Assembly (NCBI GenBank): GCA_045114455.1
Contig: JBGUKN010000078.1
Coordinates: forward strand, 7,085-71,084
From: Victivallales bacterium
Lineage (GTDB): Bacteria > Verrucomicrobiota > Lentisphaeria > Victivallales > UBA1829
Reading direction: 5' to 3'
DNA: 64,000 nt
Every line of letters starts with the position of its first letter. Position 1 is the stretch's first letter. Positions 1-8,269 of this stretch are shown piece by piece. Position numbers and translations under genes: made by a program. The notes under the pieces are model-generated. The model saw only the letters and a list, made by a program, of their open reading frames with translations, did not search any database and was not told where the DNA came from.

Positions 1-294
1 AGAAGGATCGTCTCCGCCGCCGATGTTGTATCGCGCGATGTTGAGTCCGAGTCCTTTTTCGGGATCGAAGAAAGCGTCCACCGCCGCGTCCGTGAGCTTG
101 TCGCTGTAGCCGATACGGTTCGCCCACCAGCAAAGAGAGGTGCCCCAGCCCTCGAAAACGCCGTCATTGAACGGGGAACTTTTTCCCGGATCGAGCTTAA
201 CCTGAATCTCCGTCTGAAGCGGGGACTGTCCGGAAAGAAGCGGGCAGAGCATAACTGAGCAAAGGATAAGACAGCGGACGATTTTTTCTTTCAT
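1..294 (-). CDS. GH30 glycoside hydrolase (endo-beta-1,6-galactanase-like), N-terminal part, runs off window start
   Basis: Not in ORF track. Reverse strand from ATG 294 reads MKEKIVRCLILCSVMLCPLLSG (signal-like)...FEGWGTSLCWWANRIG...GLGLNIARYNIGGGDDPS, typical GH30 N-terminal motifs; GGAGG upstream. Confidence 0.8.
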   Translation of the reverse strand, partial: MKEKIVRCLILCSVMLCPLLSGQSPLQTEIQVKLDPGKSSPFNDGVFEGWGTSLCWWANRIGYSDKLTDAAVDAFFDPEKGLGLNIARYNIGGGDDPS

Positions 295-317
295 GGGGCC
301 CGTCCTCCCGGGAAAAA

Positions 318-656
318 TCAGCGGATTTCCTGACCGTTTTCGTCAATGGTGCGGGCGCTGATGACCTCGCATTCGATCGCATCGTCGCCAGATGAAGCCC
401 TTTCGTCCGCGTTCCCGCCCCGCGGAGCGTGGTCCCGCTCCTGAATGCTGGAAGAGGCGTCCTTCCGGCCGGAAAACGAGGAGAAAAAACCGCCGGAAAT
501 GCCGCGGACAAGCCAGCAGGCCACAACGATGAGGAGGAACGGCACCACGATGACTGCGAGAACGACCGTGAGAAGAGCCAGCAGGATGGTCATTCCGATT
601 GACAGATTCGTGCGTATAAACTTCATGTGCGTGTTATCCTGTTTTGTTTCCGGCAT
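318..656 (-). CDS. small membrane protein, unknown function
   Basis: Long hydrophobic stretch (ILLALLTVVLAVIVVPFLLIVVACWLV) and charged tail; 11 bp downstream of the GT2 stop on the same strand. Confidence 0.65.
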   Translation of the reverse strand: MPETKQDNTHMKFIRTNLSIGMTILLALLTVVLAVIVVPFLLIVVACWLVRGISGGFFSSFSGRKDASSSIQERDHAPRGGNADERASSGDDAIECEVISARTIDENGQEIR

Positions 657-667
657 CCGGCATGGCG

Positions 668-1387
668 TCAGAGCCGGAAGAGACCGTACTGGAGAATGCA
701 GCGGAACGCTGACACGCCGTCTTTCCAGTTGATCTTCTTGCCTTGCTGATAGTTTCTCGGATAGTAGGAGACGGGCACCTGCCAGACGCGCGGATGGAGC
801 CGGGCGATTTTGAGCGTGAATTCAGGTTCGAAACCGAACCGTTTTTCCCTGAGCGTAATCTTTTGAAGGAAATCGCGCCGGACCATCTTGTAGCAGCATT
901 CCATGTCGAAAAGCGAGAGGTCCGAAAAAATGTTGCAGAAGTGCGTGAGGATCTCGTTGATCCTGGAATGCCAGAAGGACATGACCTGGAGGCTTCCAGG
1001 CGCCCGCATGATCGGTTTGCGCGCGCCGAAGACGACGTCGGCCTGTCCGTCGAGAATGGGCTGAAGCACGGATGGAAGCTCCTCCGGGCAGTACTCGAAA
1101 TCGGCGTCCTGGATCGTGACGACGCTGCCCGTCGCCATGGCAAAACCCGCATGGAGCGCCGCGCCCTTTCCTCCGTTTGCCTCACGGCGCTTGATCCTGA
1201 CGCCGCGTGTCTCCCAGAGCTGAAGATGTTCCCATGTCTTGTCCGTGGAATGATCGTCCACTGCGATGTATTCCACCTCGACGCCCGGCTGGAAACGGAC
1301 GGCGCAGACGCGTTCGAGGATGGAGTCGATATATTTTTCCTCGTTGTAAACGGGTATCACGATTGAGAGCTTGATGTTGTCTGACAT
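668..1387 (-). CDS. GT2 glycosyltransferase (polyprenol-phosphate glycosyltransferase/DPM1-like)
   Basis: LSIVIPVYNEE, VDDHSTD, NGGKGAAL, IQDADFEY (DxD), FGFEPE, GKKINWKDG motifs. Confidence 0.92.
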   Translation of the reverse strand: MSDNIKLSIVIPVYNEEKYIDSILERVCAVRFQPGVEVEYIAVDDHSTDKTWEHLQLWETRGVRIKRREANGGKGAALHAGFAMATGSVVTIQDADFEYCPEELPSVLQPILDGQADVVFGARKPIMRAPGSLQVMSFWHSRINEILTHFCNIFSDLSLFDMECCYKMVRRDFLQKITLREKRFGFEPEFTLKIARLHPRVWQVPVSYYPRNYQQGKKINWKDGVSAFRCILQYGLFRL

Positions 1388-1631
1388 GGATATCTTTCAA
1401 TATTGAACAGGTGTTTTCCCGCCGGACAGGAACATGGGGCGGAGGACAAACACTTTTTTTAAAATAGTTTTACCGTTTATAAAATACGCCCGAAATGCTT
1501 TTTTTCAAGTCCGGGAGTATTTTTTTTCAAAATCCGCTTGATTTTCTCCCGTTTCCGAGTTAAATTTTTACGATATTTTCTTTTTTTTCAAAATAATCAA
1601 AAGACATGACCATCCGAAAGGCAAAATCGAC

Positions 1632-2258
1632 ATGAAACATCTTTTTTTCTCCGTCGTCCTTCTTGGCATTCTCTGTTCCTGCCGCACTACTGAAGAACCT
1701 CCTCTGTATTCCTGCCGGTTCCATGCGGAAAAAGACGCGTATATGCCGAACGGCTGGCGTTTCAGCGAGGACGGGTTCTTTTCCAAACCCGAATTCTTTC
1801 AGCTGAAACCGAACGGTGACAAATACGACGATTCCGCGAATCTTTTCACCGTGAAGACCGCCGGGACTCCGGCGATGAACTATTATTGCGGGTATTATGA
1901 CATCAAGGACGATTCGATCGTCGACGTCGTAGCGGACGCCAACGGAACCGGCTCCTTTTCGCTCGGCGTTGTTTTCTGCGACGCCGACCGGAATTATATC
2001 GGCGAACGTCACCAGGGATTCAATCTCCTCCCCGTCAAGAGCGACAAGGACTTCAAGAACTACCGCTTCCGCCTGTTTTTCCTTGCCAATGAAAACAGCA
2101 AGGCCCGCTTTGTGCGCCTCATGTACACCGTCGATCCCTCCTCGACGCTGACACTCAAAAACATTTCGATCAACATCTCGCCTTACGAGATCGAGCACGA
2201 AGACAGCACTTACCTCAAGTTCAAGAAACAGGAAAAGAAGGAAGGATACCGGAAATAA
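1632..2258 (+). CDS. lipoprotein, possible carbohydrate-binding beta-sandwich domain
   Basis: MKH + hydrophobic stretch + lipobox LCSC; beta-strand-rich, aromatic-rich body. Confidence 0.7.
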   Translation: MKHLFFSVVLLGILCSCRTTEEPPLYSCRFHAEKDAYMPNGWRFSEDGFFSKPEFFQLKPNGDKYDDSANLFTVKTAGTPAMNYYCGYYDIKDDSIVDVVADANGTGSFSLGVVFCDADRNYIGERHQGFNLLPVKSDKDFKNYRFRLFFLANENSKARFVRLMYTVDPSSTLTLKNISINISPYEIEHEDSTYLKFKKQEKKEGYRK

Positions 2259-2325
2259 CCTCCGGCATCGTTTCCGTTTTTCCTTCGCGTCCGTCCGGAC
2301 CATCCATTTTCAGGAGTAATCATTT

Positions 2326-2814
2326 ATGCGTTGCCCACGATGCGGCTGCCAGGAAGACCGCGTGATCGATTCCCGCGCCTCGAAAGACGGCGCCGCCGTG
2401 CGCCGCCGCCGCGAATGTACGGCATGCGGGCACAGGTTCACCACGCACGAAGAGATCATCCAGGCGGAGCTGAAGGTCGTGAAACGCGACAACTCGCGGG
2501 AGGATTTCGACCCGAACAAGATCCGCGCCGGGATCGAGAAAGCCTGCTGGAAACGTGACGTGAAACCGGAGGCGATCGACATGATCGTGTCGCAGGTCAC
2601 GAGCGGCCTGGAGGCGGACTATGAACGCGAAGTGCCGTCCAATGAAGTCGGCAACCGCACGATGGAGGCGCTCCGCCAGGTCGACAAGGTCGCGTATGTG
2701 CGGTTTGCCTCCGTGTACCGCGATTTCAAGGATATCGACGAGTTCATCGACGAGATCCGGAGCATGGGCAGCAACCGCGGGAACAAGACTCCCCGCGGCG
2801 GAAAGAGCAACTGA
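2326..2814 (+). CDS. nrdR: transcriptional repressor NrdR
   Basis: MRCPRCG..DRVIDSR..VRRRRECTACGHRFTT zinc ribbon, ATP cone, VAYVRFASVYRDF; AGGAG RBS. Confidence 0.98.
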   Translation: MRCPRCGCQEDRVIDSRASKDGAAVRRRRECTACGHRFTTHEEIIQAELKVVKRDNSREDFDPNKIRAGIEKACWKRDVKPEAIDMIVSQVTSGLEADYEREVPSNEVGNRTMEALRQVDKVAYVRFASVYRDFKDIDEFIDEIRSMGSNRGNKTPRGGKSN

Positions 2815-2831
2815 AAGAAAGCCCGTCCGTC

Positions 2832-4637
2832 ATGCGTTTTTCCTTCTTTTCGTGGCTTCACGGCCGTTTTCTCCGCATCGTCAATCCGTTCCAGAAGACG
2901 CTCGGCGAACAGAACTACATCATCCTGCTGAGCGTTCTGGTCGGCCTGCTGTCCGGCGTGGCCGGGGCGCTGATGAAGACCGTGGAGCATTCCGTGCAGT
3001 CGCTCGTGGCGCTGATCCCTGCGGACGCGTCCTGGGCGATGTGGGTCCTGCCCGCCACGCCCGCGCTCGGCGTATTCTTCTGCATTTTCGTGACGCAGGT
3101 CATCATGCGCGGCAAGTACGAACGCGGGCTGGCCGGGGTCATCATGAGCGTGAAGAACCGCACGGGCGCGGTCCCGCTCCACAAGACGTTTTCCCATATC
3201 ATCACCAGCGGCGTCAGCGTCGGGTTCGGCGTGTCCGCCGGTCTTGAGGCCCCCGTGGCGCAGACGGGTGCGGCAATCGGCAGCAATGTCGCCCGAAGCC
3301 TGCTCCTGAACCATGAAAACCGCATCCTGCTGCTGGCGTGCGGCGGCGCGGCAGGCATCTCCGCGATGTTCAATACGCCCGTCGCAGGGGCGTTCTTCGC
3401 CATGGAGATACTTCTCCCGAAAACCGCAAGCGCGATCCCGGCGATCATTCCCCTGATTCTGTCGTCCGCGACCGCTCTGCTGGTGTCGCAGCAGATTTAC
3501 CCGCCGCGCCTCTACGCGTTCGACCTTCTTCAATGGAACATGCGCGCCGTGCCGTACTATGTGATCCTCGGCGCGGCCGCGGGACTTGTTTCCGTGTTCG
3601 TCATCAAGATGTACACGCGGATTTCGAAGCGGTACGGGCGCATGCGGAATCCGTGGGCGAGGGGGCTGATCGGAAGCGCGATCCTGTACTTTGCGATCCT
3701 GCTGTTTCCGGCGTTGCGCGGAGACGGCTATCACTTCATCAGCCGTCTGCTGTCCGAACCGGAGGCTCTGTACGGATCAAGTCCGCTTTCAACGGTCTTC
3801 TCGAATCCGTGGATATTCCTGCTCCTGACGTTCCTGCTGGTGTTTCTGAAGGCGATGACGTCGATCTCGAGCTTGGAAAGCGGCGCGGACGGCGGCATCT
3901 TCGCACCCTCGATGTTTATCGGCGCCTTCCTGGGCTACTCCATCTCGAGATTCATCCATATGGCCGGACTGCCTTTGGGTGGCTACATCAGCGAACTGAA
4001 CTTCCTCGCCATCGGGATGGGCGGCGTGCTGGCGGGCGTGATGCACGCGCCGCTGACCGGCATCTTCCTGATCGCCGAGCTGACGGGCGGCTACCGGCTC
4101 TTCATCCCGCTGATGATCGTCTCCGCTCTCTCCACGTTCGTCTGCCGCAAGCTCTGCACGCACAACGTCTACAAGACGATGATCCTCTTTCACGGCGGCG
4201 ATCCGGACGGCACGCGCGACGCCGACGCGCTCACGCGGGCGATCCCGGACGACCTGATCGAAAAAGACTGGCTGCCGCTGTCCGAATCCGACTCCATGCG
4301 GACCGTGCTGCATTCCGTCATGAAAACGCATCAGAACGTGTTCCCCGTGCTCGACAACGACGGACGTCTGGCGGGCGTCGTCTCGCTCGACAACATCCGC
4401 CACTACCTGCTCGAAACGTCGCTCTACGACGTCGCGCTGGTCTTCGATATCATGCGTCCCCCCGAAGCCGTGCTGAAGCCGGGCGACACGCTCGGCCGCG
4501 CGATTGCCATATTCGAGAAACATCACGAGACGGCTGTGCCCGTGGTGCGCGACAGCGTATGCCTCGGATTCGTCACCAAGGACCGCGTGCTGGACCGCTA
4601 CCGTTACCTGATCGAAACGAAACCCGAACTTTTCTGA
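2832..4637 (+). CDS. ClC chloride channel/H+ antiporter with C-terminal CBS pair
   Basis: SAGLEAPVAQTGA, GISAMFNTPVAG, GGIFAPSMFIGA motifs; C-terminal CBS domains (FPVLDNDGRLAGVV). Confidence 0.93.
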   Translation: MRFSFFSWLHGRFLRIVNPFQKTLGEQNYIILLSVLVGLLSGVAGALMKTVEHSVQSLVALIPADASWAMWVLPATPALGVFFCIFVTQVIMRGKYERGLAGVIMSVKNRTGAVPLHKTFSHIITSGVSVGFGVSAGLEAPVAQTGAAIGSNVARSLLLNHENRILLLACGGAAGISAMFNTPVAGAFFAMEILLPKTASAIPAIIPLILSSATALLVSQQIYPPRLYAFDLLQWNMRAVPYYVILGAAAGLVSVFVIKMYTRISKRYGRMRNPWARGLIGSAILYFAILLFPALRGDGYHFISRLLSEPEALYGSSPLSTVFSNPWIFLLLTFLLVFLKAMTSISSLESGADGGIFAPSMFIGAFLGYSISRFIHMAGLPLGGYISELNFLAIGMGGVLAGVMHAPLTGIFLIAELTGGYRLFIPLMIVSALSTFVCRKLCTHNVYKTMILFHGGDPDGTRDADALTRAIPDDLIEKDWLPLSESDSMRTVLHSVMKTHQNVFPVLDNDGRLAGVVSLDNIRHYLLETSLYDVALVFDIMRPPEAVLKPGDTLGRAIAIFEKHHETAVPVVRDSVCLGFVTKDRVLDRYRYLIETKPELF

Positions 4638-4660
4638 ACGGAGAACGAGGAGCCGACGAC

Positions 4661-5647
4661 ATGATCGAACTTTCCGCACAGGCGATCTTCCTTCAGGATT
4701 CGCACGGATGCGCCGCGCCGTTCGACGCGGACGACCTCGCCGCCCGAATCCGGTCCGTCCTGCCCGGAAACGGAGCGGAATCCGATGCGCTCGCCCGCGA
4801 CGCCGTCAGCGCGGTGGAATACGCCCTGCGCCACGCCGGAAAGCCGAAGTCCGGCCCGCTGCATGTGAAAGCGTCCGCGGTCGATGCGATGATCGCGAAC
4901 ATCCTTCAATCGGTCGGGTTCGACGAGGCCGCCGCGGCCTACGGACGCACGAAACGGATCGACAGCGAATCGGACCGTTTTCAGGACGCCCGGACCGCCG
5001 CGCTCCTGCATGAACATCTTTCCCTGAATGGCGAACGCCTCGCCGCAGTCGCGCGGAAAGTCGCCAATACGCTGCGTTCCATCGGCGCGGACGTCTCCTC
5101 CACCGAACTTGTGCTGGAACTTGCGAAGCATTTCGCCGGTTCGCTCGACGCGGTCGGCGCGGTGAATCTTGCTCTCCCGGAACCGGGCTGGAACGACAGG
5201 GGGTTCATCCTGCCGCCGGAGGAATTCGCGTGCCGGATTTCGGCATCGTCCGCGCGTCTGCTGGAGTCGCAGTGCCGCGCCGTGAAGGTCCAGCCGGTCG
5301 ACCTGCGCGTGTTCCCCGCGCTCCGCGTTGAACTCCGCTTCTTCCCGCTTCTGCGCGGCTCCGGGCTGGAAACGCCTGTTACGGAACTGGCGTTCGCCCC
5401 GCTTCTGGGGCCTGTCGCGGCCTGCGTGGATGAGCTCTGCATCGCGGCGGACGGCGCCTGCGCCCGCCATGGCGCCGATGCCGTGACGCCACTGAAACTC
5501 CTGCTGCACTTCGCCGACGCCGAATCGTTCGCGACCGAGGCGATGGGCTGCGCCGGACGGAAAGCCGCCGGAGAAATTCTGAACGGCCTGGCGGCGTTTT
5601 TCACCGGCATGATCACGCGCCGCCCCGAAAAGATCACCTGCGGCTGA
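4661..5647 (+). CDS. hypothetical protein with two degenerate ATP-cone-like segments
   Basis: Real start is ATG 4661 (GAGGAG upstream); the ORF-track 769 aa version overlaps ClC. Segments LQDSHGCAAPFDADDLAARIRSVL and LLHEHLSLNGERLAAVARKVANTLRSIGADVSSTELVLEL resemble ATP cones. Confidence 0.7.
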   Translation: MIELSAQAIFLQDSHGCAAPFDADDLAARIRSVLPGNGAESDALARDAVSAVEYALRHAGKPKSGPLHVKASAVDAMIANILQSVGFDEAAAAYGRTKRIDSESDRFQDARTAALLHEHLSLNGERLAAVARKVANTLRSIGADVSSTELVLELAKHFAGSLDAVGAVNLALPEPGWNDRGFILPPEEFACRISASSARLLESQCRAVKVQPVDLRVFPALRVELRFFPLLRGSGLETPVTELAFAPLLGPVAACVDELCIAADGACARHGADAVTPLKLLLHFADAESFATEAMGCAGRKAAGEILNGLAAFFTGMITRRPEKITCG

Positions 5648-5728
5648 CGGCCGATCCGTTTCCCTTTTCTTCGTTCCTTATAGATTCCGGCGGGGCAGGG
5701 CGGATGCTGCCGTCCGCCGATCACCCGG

Positions 5729-7252
5729 TCACTTCGTCTCGTGATAATCCCGCTCGGCGTTGACGTTCCAGACCGACGCCTTGTCTGTCTCTCCGAGCAG
5801 CGCACGGACAGCTTCGATGCCGCACATCATGGAGTGGTCCATGTTGTTGTAACGGTGCTGGCCGTTGCGTCCGATGCAGTAGAGGTTCGGGAATCCGTCG
5901 AGCCATTCGCGGACCCTGCCGAACTCCGCGTAACTGCCGAAATAGGCGGGATACGCCTTCTTCACTTTGATGCGGACGCTCCTGTGCACCGGTTCGTTTT
6001 CGGTGAGGATGCCGATTTGCCGCAGCTCCATTGTCGCCATGTCGACGAACGCCGCATCGCTCATGGTCCAGAGTTCGTCGCCCTCCGTGCAGAAGTATTC
6101 CAGGCCGATCCAGACATGTTTCGTGATGTCGTCGACCATATAGGGCGACCAGTTGTTGAATATCTGGATTCTGCCGATCCGGACGTCCCGTTCCTGAACA
6201 TAGATCCAGGTGTCGGGCACGATGTCCCGTACGGTCTTCAGTGCGGTCGCGTTTTTGATGGCGAGTTTGTCCACGAGGAGCCCGACCGTGATGAAGTCGC
6301 GATAGGGCAGACCGGATGCGATCCGCGAGACATCATCCGGGACCGCGCCGAACGCCGCGACCAAGTCCTTGACGGACATGGATGAAAACACCGCGTCGCA
6401 GGGGATCCGCGATCCGTCGGCGAGGATGACGGCCGAAATGCTTCCCCGGTCGGTTCTGATCCCGGTCACGCAGGCGTTCATCCTGACCTCGATGTCCTCG
6501 TCCTGAAGCCGGGCGGCAAGCGTTTCCCAGAACTGTCCCGGACCGCGTTTGGGGTAGCTGAACTCCTCGATGAGAGACGTCTCTCTTTGTTCCTTCTGCG
6601 GGATAAAAACGCTGAGAAGCGCCTTCCCGAGCGAGAGCCCCTTGACGCGCTGGGCGCCCCATTCGGGCGATATCTCCGACGGGTGAACGCCCCATATCTT
6701 CCGTGTGTAGTCCTCGAAGAACATGGAGTAGAGGACCCTGCCGAACCGGTTGATGTAGAAGTCCTCCAGCGATTTCTCCTGTCGCTTGAAGACCGCGCTG
6801 TAGAGATAGCTGCATCCGGCCTTCACTGTCCGGGCAAGTCCCATGGCCAGAAACGTCGCGGGCTTGACGGAGATGGGGTAGTCGAAGAAATGGCGGAGAT
6901 AGTAAATCCGGCTGACCCTGTGGCGGGACAGCATCACGACGTCTTCTGTTTCGGGGTCGGGACCGCCCGGGTTGAGATGGCATGCGCGGTTGAGGATGAT
7001 GTCGTCTTTCGCGGGCTTGCCCTGGAGCGGCATGACCTCGTTCCATATCTCGTTGATCCGCGGCGACTGGGAGAAGAAGCGGTGCCCGCCGATGTCGATG
7101 CGGCAACCTTCATGGACCGCCGTGCGGGAAATGCCGCCGATCTCCGCGGATTCCTCCAAGACAATGATCCTCCAGTCGTTTGACCTGCGGCGGAGTTCAT
7201 AGGCCGCGGTCAGTCCCGCGGGGCCGGCGCCGATGACGATGGCTGTTTTCAT
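5729..7252 (-). CDS. NAD(P)/FAD-dependent oxidoreductase, UDP-galactopyranose-mutase/HemY-like family
   Basis: MKTAIVIGAGPAGLTAA dinucleotide fold, DIGGHRFFS, CIGRNGQHRYNNMDHSM; start trimmed to MKTAIV. Confidence 0.88.
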   Translation of the reverse strand: MKTAIVIGAGPAGLTAAYELRRRSNDWRIIVLEESAEIGGISRTAVHEGCRIDIGGHRFFSQSPRINEIWNEVMPLQGKPAKDDIILNRACHLNPGGPDPETEDVVMLSRHRVSRIYYLRHFFDYPISVKPATFLAMGLARTVKAGCSYLYSAVFKRQEKSLEDFYINRFGRVLYSMFFEDYTRKIWGVHPSEISPEWGAQRVKGLSLGKALLSVFIPQKEQRETSLIEEFSYPKRGPGQFWETLAARLQDEDIEVRMNACVTGIRTDRGSISAVILADGSRIPCDAVFSSMSVKDLVAAFGAVPDDVSRIASGLPYRDFITVGLLVDKLAIKNATALKTVRDIVPDTWIYVQERDVRIGRIQIFNNWSPYMVDDITKHVWIGLEYFCTEGDELWTMSDAAFVDMATMELRQIGILTENEPVHRSVRIKVKKAYPAYFGSYAEFGRVREWLDGFPNLYCIGRNGQHRYNNMDHSMMCGIEAVRALLGETDKASVWNVNAERDYHETK

Positions 7253-7291
7253 GGGATACGGATCGTTTGTTTGTCTTGTTCGTATCAAACA

Positions 7292-7317
7292 GATCCGCCG
7301 GAGCGGTGCGGCGGATC
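7292..7317 (-). terminator. probable intrinsic terminator after trxB
   Basis: 9 bp stem GATCCGCCG/CGGCGGATC followed on the minus strand by TGTTT. Confidence 0.5.
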
Positions 7318-7333
7318 CGTCTGTTTCGGGAGA

Positions 7334-8248
7334 TCAGAACGTGAGCGAGTTCAGGTAGCGGCAGGCGGCGAGCGCGGCGGTCGCGCCGTCGCCGATGGCG
7401 GTCGCGATCTGACGCACGCCCTTGGTGCGGCAGTCGCCCGCGACGAATACGCCCGGAGTCTTCGTGAGGCAGGCCTCGTCCGCGGTGATGAATCCGCCCG
7501 TATCGAGGTCGCAGACGCCCTGGAACGGCTTGTTGTCGGGCATCTGGCCGATGGCGACGAACACGCCGTCGAGCGTGAGCGTGGACTCCTCGTTGGCGGC
7601 GGTGTTTTTGACCTTGATCCCCGTGAGCTCGGAATCTCCGAGAAGCTCGGTCACGACCGTGTTGTAAATGATCTTCACGTTCGGGCGCGACTTCAGAATC
7701 TGGGCGAGGCTGGCCTCGCCCGTGAGCTTGGGAAGGTTCTGGACGATCGTGACAGTCTTCGCGGTCTCGGAGAGCAGGACGGCATCCTGGAGCGCGGTAT
7801 TGCCGCCGCCGATGACCGCGATGTCCTTGTCCTTGTAGAAATCGCCGTCGCAGAGCGCGCAGTAGGAGATGCCGTGCCCGACGAGCTCATCCTCTCGGGA
7901 GAGTCCGAGAGGTCTGTGGCGGGACCCGGCGGCAACGATGACGGTCTTGCAGAGGTACTGCGTCCGCGTCGTGACGACGGACTTGATCCTGCCGTTGTCG
8001 TGGATGGCCGTGACTTCGTCGAGTTCAAGTTCCGCGCCGTGGTGGATCGCCTGGTCGACGAGCTTTTCACCGAACTCGCTGCCGGAAAGCGCGAGGAATC
8101 CGGGGTAGTTCTCGACCTTGGGCGAATAGACGATCTGCCCGCCGAAGGATTCGCGTTCCAGGACCATGACTGAACGGCCCGCGCGGCGCGCATAGACGGC
8201 GGCGGTGAGGCCGGCCGGGCCGGCTCCGACGATGATGATGTCGACCAT
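7334..8248 (-). CDS. trxB: thioredoxin reductase-like flavoprotein
   Basis: IVGAGPAGLTAA, GISYCALCDG redox CxxC, VIGGGNTA, PGVFVAGDC..RQIATAIGDG. Confidence 0.93.
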   Translation of the reverse strand: MVDIIIVGAGPAGLTAAVYARRAGRSVMVLERESFGGQIVYSPKVENYPGFLALSGSEFGEKLVDQAIHHGAELELDEVTAIHDNGRIKSVVTTRTQYLCKTVIVAAGSRHRPLGLSREDELVGHGISYCALCDGDFYKDKDIAVIGGGNTALQDAVLLSETAKTVTIVQNLPKLTGEASLAQILKSRPNVKIIYNTVVTELLGDSELTGIKVKNTAANEESTLTLDGVFVAIGQMPDNKPFQGVCDLDTGGFITADEACLTKTPGVFVAGDCRTKGVRQIATAIGDGATAALAACRYLNSLTF

Positions 8249-8269
8249 AGCGGAAACCGCTCCTTCCCG

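Noticed and set aside
2259-2325. NrdR autoregulatory box upstream of nrdR
   Set aside because: No match to the box consensus found.
3338-4660. Long N-terminal extensions in the ORF track (also 13318, 16391, 18577, 22923, 23591, 24388, 25346, 47179 starts) suggesting fusions or frameshifts
   Set aside because: Extensions are R/A/P-rich off-frame readings of upstream genes; internal ATGs with RBS or ATGA overlaps give the real starts, and no slippery sites were seen.
5688-5719. GC hairpin between convergent genes as a terminator
   Set aside because: A stem is present but there is no adjacent U-tract on either strand, so it was not called.
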